DNA of 64,000 bases from NCBI GenBank assembly GCA_051294905.1, contig CM119384.1:7440001-7504000 (forward strand). Direction: 5' to 3'. A model generated the notes under the pieces. That model saw only the letters and a list, made by a program, of their open reading frames with translations. It ran no database searches and was not told the DNA's origin. The translations under genes were made by a program, and so were the position numbers. Shown piece by piece: positions 60,801-64,000 of this stretch. Numbering within the stretch: the first letter of the stretch is position 1; each line of letters opens with the position of its first letter. The stretch comes from Botryllus schlosseri. Its lineage: Eukaryota.

Positions 60801-63800
60801 TGCGTAACGACTAAAAAAAGGTAATAACTCCGGATTTGTTGTGCGCAACGTAGATTTTCTGTGCGTAGAGACCGTGTCAGCACTGCGCACGTGTGCAGCT
60901 TAGAGGGAACATTGTACCTAACTCAGCTCTACCGGTAAATGTATTTACGTGAGCAGAGAGAGGATAAAAATTGATCTCAATTTACATGCAATTCCCGATG
61001 ATATTGACCAATTCAATCATGAATTAGTGAAATTTTTCGCACTTCGCGCGACTAGGCGAGAAAAGCTCCCTCAGTAAATGTACACCCAATGTAGATACCT
61101 AATAGGCTATCAGCAAATAGCGGACAGCCTAATGGGGGTCTGGGAGCGAAGTCCCACGGAAGTTTGGTTTATCACCCGATGGGGGCCCAGGACCAGCGTT
61201 TTTCGTTTGGGGAGGGGGGCTGACGAAGTGCTGTTACGGCCCTGGTAACGAATAATTGTACCTGCGGGAACGCCCGAATATGTTTAATTATTAATTACGT
61301 GCCCCTTATTTTCCTATACAACAGCTCACTCAGTGCTACTGGTAAATCTGATTACGTGGGCTGATAGGATAAAAAGTTTATAGCGACTTATAAATGTAAT
61401 TACCATGCATTATAGCAAATTTTGGTACCTAGAGCGACCAGGCCACACAAACTTTGCTGACCATCAAAATCACGATATGGGGTTTGTGGGGGCGAAGCCC
61501 TCAAAAGTTCGGTTTATCACGCTATGGGTGCGCAAGGCAATCGTTTTTAGGAGGGTTGACGAAGTGCTGTTACGGCCCTCCCTCTTACTCATTGTCTTTA
61601 TTACATTCCTTACAATATGAAGTTGAGGGGGGCGCTGGAGCACGATAATTTTTGAAAGGGGGCGCTGGACGAAAAAAGGTTAAGAACCACTGCCCTAACC
61701 CACCTACAATCTCCCTTTCCCCAACCCTAATATATCCCCCCTCCCACAACCCTAATTTCCCCTAACCCTAACATCCCCACAAAGGCACAAAAAAACACAA
61801 TTTTGACGTTTATAAATTTTTGTACGTGTTCATGGGAAACATTTGTTGGTATCATGTGGGAACACTAGCTCTCTACGATCGTAAAACGAAGAAGCGCCTC
61901 AAAATCTATGATTTCATCAGATACCCAATCCTATACCGTACCCAAGGACTGCTCATCCAATTTTATGGCATTGATATATGCTACGGTATATGAGTGTAAA
62001 TGCCGGATAAACGTCAAGGACAGAAATACAGATATCCTAAATGCATGTTCCTATCGCTAACCAACTTATTGGGTTGTCGTCATTGATGTTTTCACAGATT
62101 TGTCTCAAAAGACCGGATCATCTTTCAAAAAATATGAAGAGATCGACAATGCCCCGGAAGAAGTCAAAAGAGGAATCACCATCAACGCAGCCCATTTGGA
62201 ATACGAGTCGGAAAACAGACATTACGGACATGTCGACTGTCCGGGACATGCGGATTTCATAAAAGTATGGAGTTTTCAGTTTTGTGACAGTAGAACATGC
62301 TTGAACATTTCCAAATTCGCTTTACTAGAACATGATTACTGGCGCATCAATGATGGACGGTGGAATATTAGTGGTAGCGGCCACAGACGGAACAATGCCT
62401 CAGACAAGAGAACATCTCTTGCTTGCCAAACAAATCGGCGTTAAACACTTAGTAGTATATATCAATAAGGCAGACGCCGTCGATGAGGAAGTTTTGGAGC
62501 TGGTATGATTTACCAAATCATTCTGTGGGCGGTTTCCCCTGCATGTTGGTTTTCGACAGGTTGAAATGGAGATTAGAGAAACACTCTCGGAATTCGGCTT
62601 CGATGGCGAGAATGGAAAAATTGTCGTGGGGTCAGCATTGTGTGCACTAGAGGTAAGATTGTGTGACTACCTGAATATTTTATTTATGGCGAGTGAATTT
62701 AAACAAGAATGATATCGAATGGGTGTCGGTAATTTTAAACTCGTCGGTTCTTTCCTAATCTAGGGAACCCTTGCGCAAATTGACAAGCCTTTAAGGAACT
62801 GTAAATTTTCGCCTAGTCGCAGAAACAAAAGCCTACCACATGTAGGGTTACACAACAGATCTATTATATGAAAGTTGCAAATAGTTGCTTGAAAGGACAA
62901 AAAAAATTGAAACACGATTTTCATACAAAACAAAATTATTATATATAATGAATATCCACTGCAAATATTTGTGAATTCTGCTGTATGAGTTGGTTGTGTG
63001 TCTAGACCTCCAGCGAACCCTGGGGTTCGTGTGATGTGGACAGCTGATAACTAACTCATTTCACACTGAAATAATCTTATACGGCTGACATAGCGAAGAA
63101 CGCATTGCTATAAAAATCTCGCACTTAATTATAGCAATAGTTTTCTGTAGTGAAATGGATCATTGTACAATTTGAATGAATATTGTCGTTAGCCGTTGAT
63201 CGAGGACTGGAATTAGTAATTGGTACACATTAAAATCGCCCGTCTCTTTACCTGACGCCTTATATTCCTGTTATGACTCGTGTTTATTCAGGATCGTGAA
63301 CCGAAAATCGGGGAAGAATCTATAAAAGAACTTGTCGCTGCGATTGACGAGCACATTCCATTACCCGAACGCGATCTCGAAAGCCCTCCGTACCTGCCTG
63401 TGGAGCATGTTTATAATATCCCGGGCCGAGGTGAGAATTGATGTGGGTATTCTTTTGTTGGTGTCACAATACTGTGCATTTTCTTGTAGGCACTGTTGTG
63501 AGCGGGAAACTGATTCAGGGCGTGTTGAAGAAAGGAGACTCGGTCGAAGTCGGCGGCTTCGGGAAGATCGTTAAATCCACAGCGTCTGGTATGAATTTTG
63601 CCAGGAAAGAGTTTCACGGCGTGATCGTGAGCATTGCGGTTCTTCGTAGGCATCGAAACGTTTCATAAGACATGCGACGTGGGCGAGGCCGGCGATCAGT
63701 TGGGGGTGCTGCTCAGAGGCATCAAAAGGGATGAGGTTAAGAGAGGGATGGTCTTGGGAAAAACAGGATTGGTGAAGATGTATCAGAAATTTGAAGCTTC

Positions 63801-63801
63801 G
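57879..63801 (+). CDS. TUFM: Mitochondrial elongation factor Tu, 5'-partial view (gene continues past the window)
   Basis: Exons 57879-57912, 58005-58048, 58168-58321, 62098-62264, 62329-62502, 62560-62652, 63292-63430, 63490-63588, 63650-63801. Motifs [39 protein letters not shown] and NKAD. Arg-rich transit peptide and spliceosomal introns. Confidence 0.96.
58395..59135. mobile_element. Merlin-like element A (741 bp), inserted in the left TIR of the outer element
   Basis: TIR GGCACTTCTTCGTTATTCCCC...GGGGAATAACGAAGAAGTGCC and perfect TSD CAAATGTT. G-rich left half and C-rich right half. Confidence 0.85.
59347..61692. mobile_element. Non-autonomous hAT (Charlie-like) element, 2346 bp including its own insert
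   Basis: TIR CAGTGGTTCTT...AAGAACCACTG and perfect 8-bp TSD CCCTAACC. Internal direct repeats at about 60680/61270 and 61135/61480. Confidence 0.85.
59674..60508. mobile_element. Merlin-like element B (835 bp), inserted in the hAT element
   Basis: TIR GGCGCTTCTTCGATATACGCCCCAGATCG and perfect TSD GAAATACC. Tandem CCCTAA-variant arrays at 60050-60390. Confidence 0.85.
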
Positions 63802-64000
63802 GTGAGTAATGCTAGTTGCTATGACATGTTCTGTGTCGTACTCGCAATCCCGGTATGAATGGAGGTGGTCGGTAACAAAGTACTTGTACTTTTGTCAACG
63901 TACTCCTGTTGGTTTTGCCTCCTTGCATTATCTACTCAAGTGGTTATGACTTTGAACTACTTGTACTTCAGTTCTCAGTTATTTATGCAAAACCAGGCCT

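Larger units (their letters stand above)
58334..61898. mobile_element. Outer Merlin-like non-autonomous DNA transposon (about 462 bp without its inserts) with telomere-like repeats, in TUFM intron 3
   Basis: TIR GGCGCTTCTTCGTTTTACGAT...ATCGTAAAACGAAGAAGCGCC and 8-bp TSD GCAAAATC/TCAAAATC. The superfamily is inferred from GG termini plus the 8-bp TSD. Confidence 0.8.

Noticed and set aside
58500-61790. Telomere-telomere fusion site or chromosome end ((TTAGGG)n followed by (CCCTAA)n)
   Set aside because: Each G/C block is enclosed by TIRs and 8-bp TSDs inside an intact TUFM intron, so transposons explain it.
57879-63801. Bacterial tuf gene, contamination or horizontal transfer
   Set aside because: It has spliceosomal introns and a mitochondrial transit peptide.
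3259-63801. U12-type introns, suggested by the presence of SNRNP25
   Set aside because: All introns I mapped are GT-AG, with no GTATCCTT or ATATCCTT donor.

Overview
Eukaryotic, AT-rich, intron-containing animal DNA. It is probably an invertebrate chordate such as an ascidian (inference from SL-type acceptors, an operon-like gene run, a retained minor-spliceosome gene and an EPCIP-like gene). The left 47 kb is one 28-exon kinesin-4 gene (KIF27/KIF7 type, minus strand, about 1461 aa by my manual exon assembly). Two opposite-strand genes are nested in its introns: a single-exon secreted EPCIP/C21orf62-like protein and a 7-exon LRR protein. From 47.7 to 56.4 kb lie five genes with uninterrupted CDSs: SNRNP25, SNRPE and a tightly packed, operon-like PRMT9-SLC26A11-NDUFAF2 run. 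Mitochondrial EF-Tu (TUFM) starts at 57.9 kb and runs off the right edge. Introns are packed with non-autonomous elements (hAT MITEs with 8-bp TSDs, Tc1-like fold-backs, tRNA-derived SINEs). The most striking structures are three. (1) A perfect 145-bp-arm palindrome with a 12-bp TSD, whose arms each carry a minimal hammerhead ribozyme motif of the Penelope-associated type. (2) A nested stack of four transposons, three of them Merlin-like elements full of telomere-like repeats, making up about 95% of TUFM intron 3. (3) The nested EPCIP-like gene. All coordinates were read by hand, and family assignments rest on recalled motifs rather than database searches.
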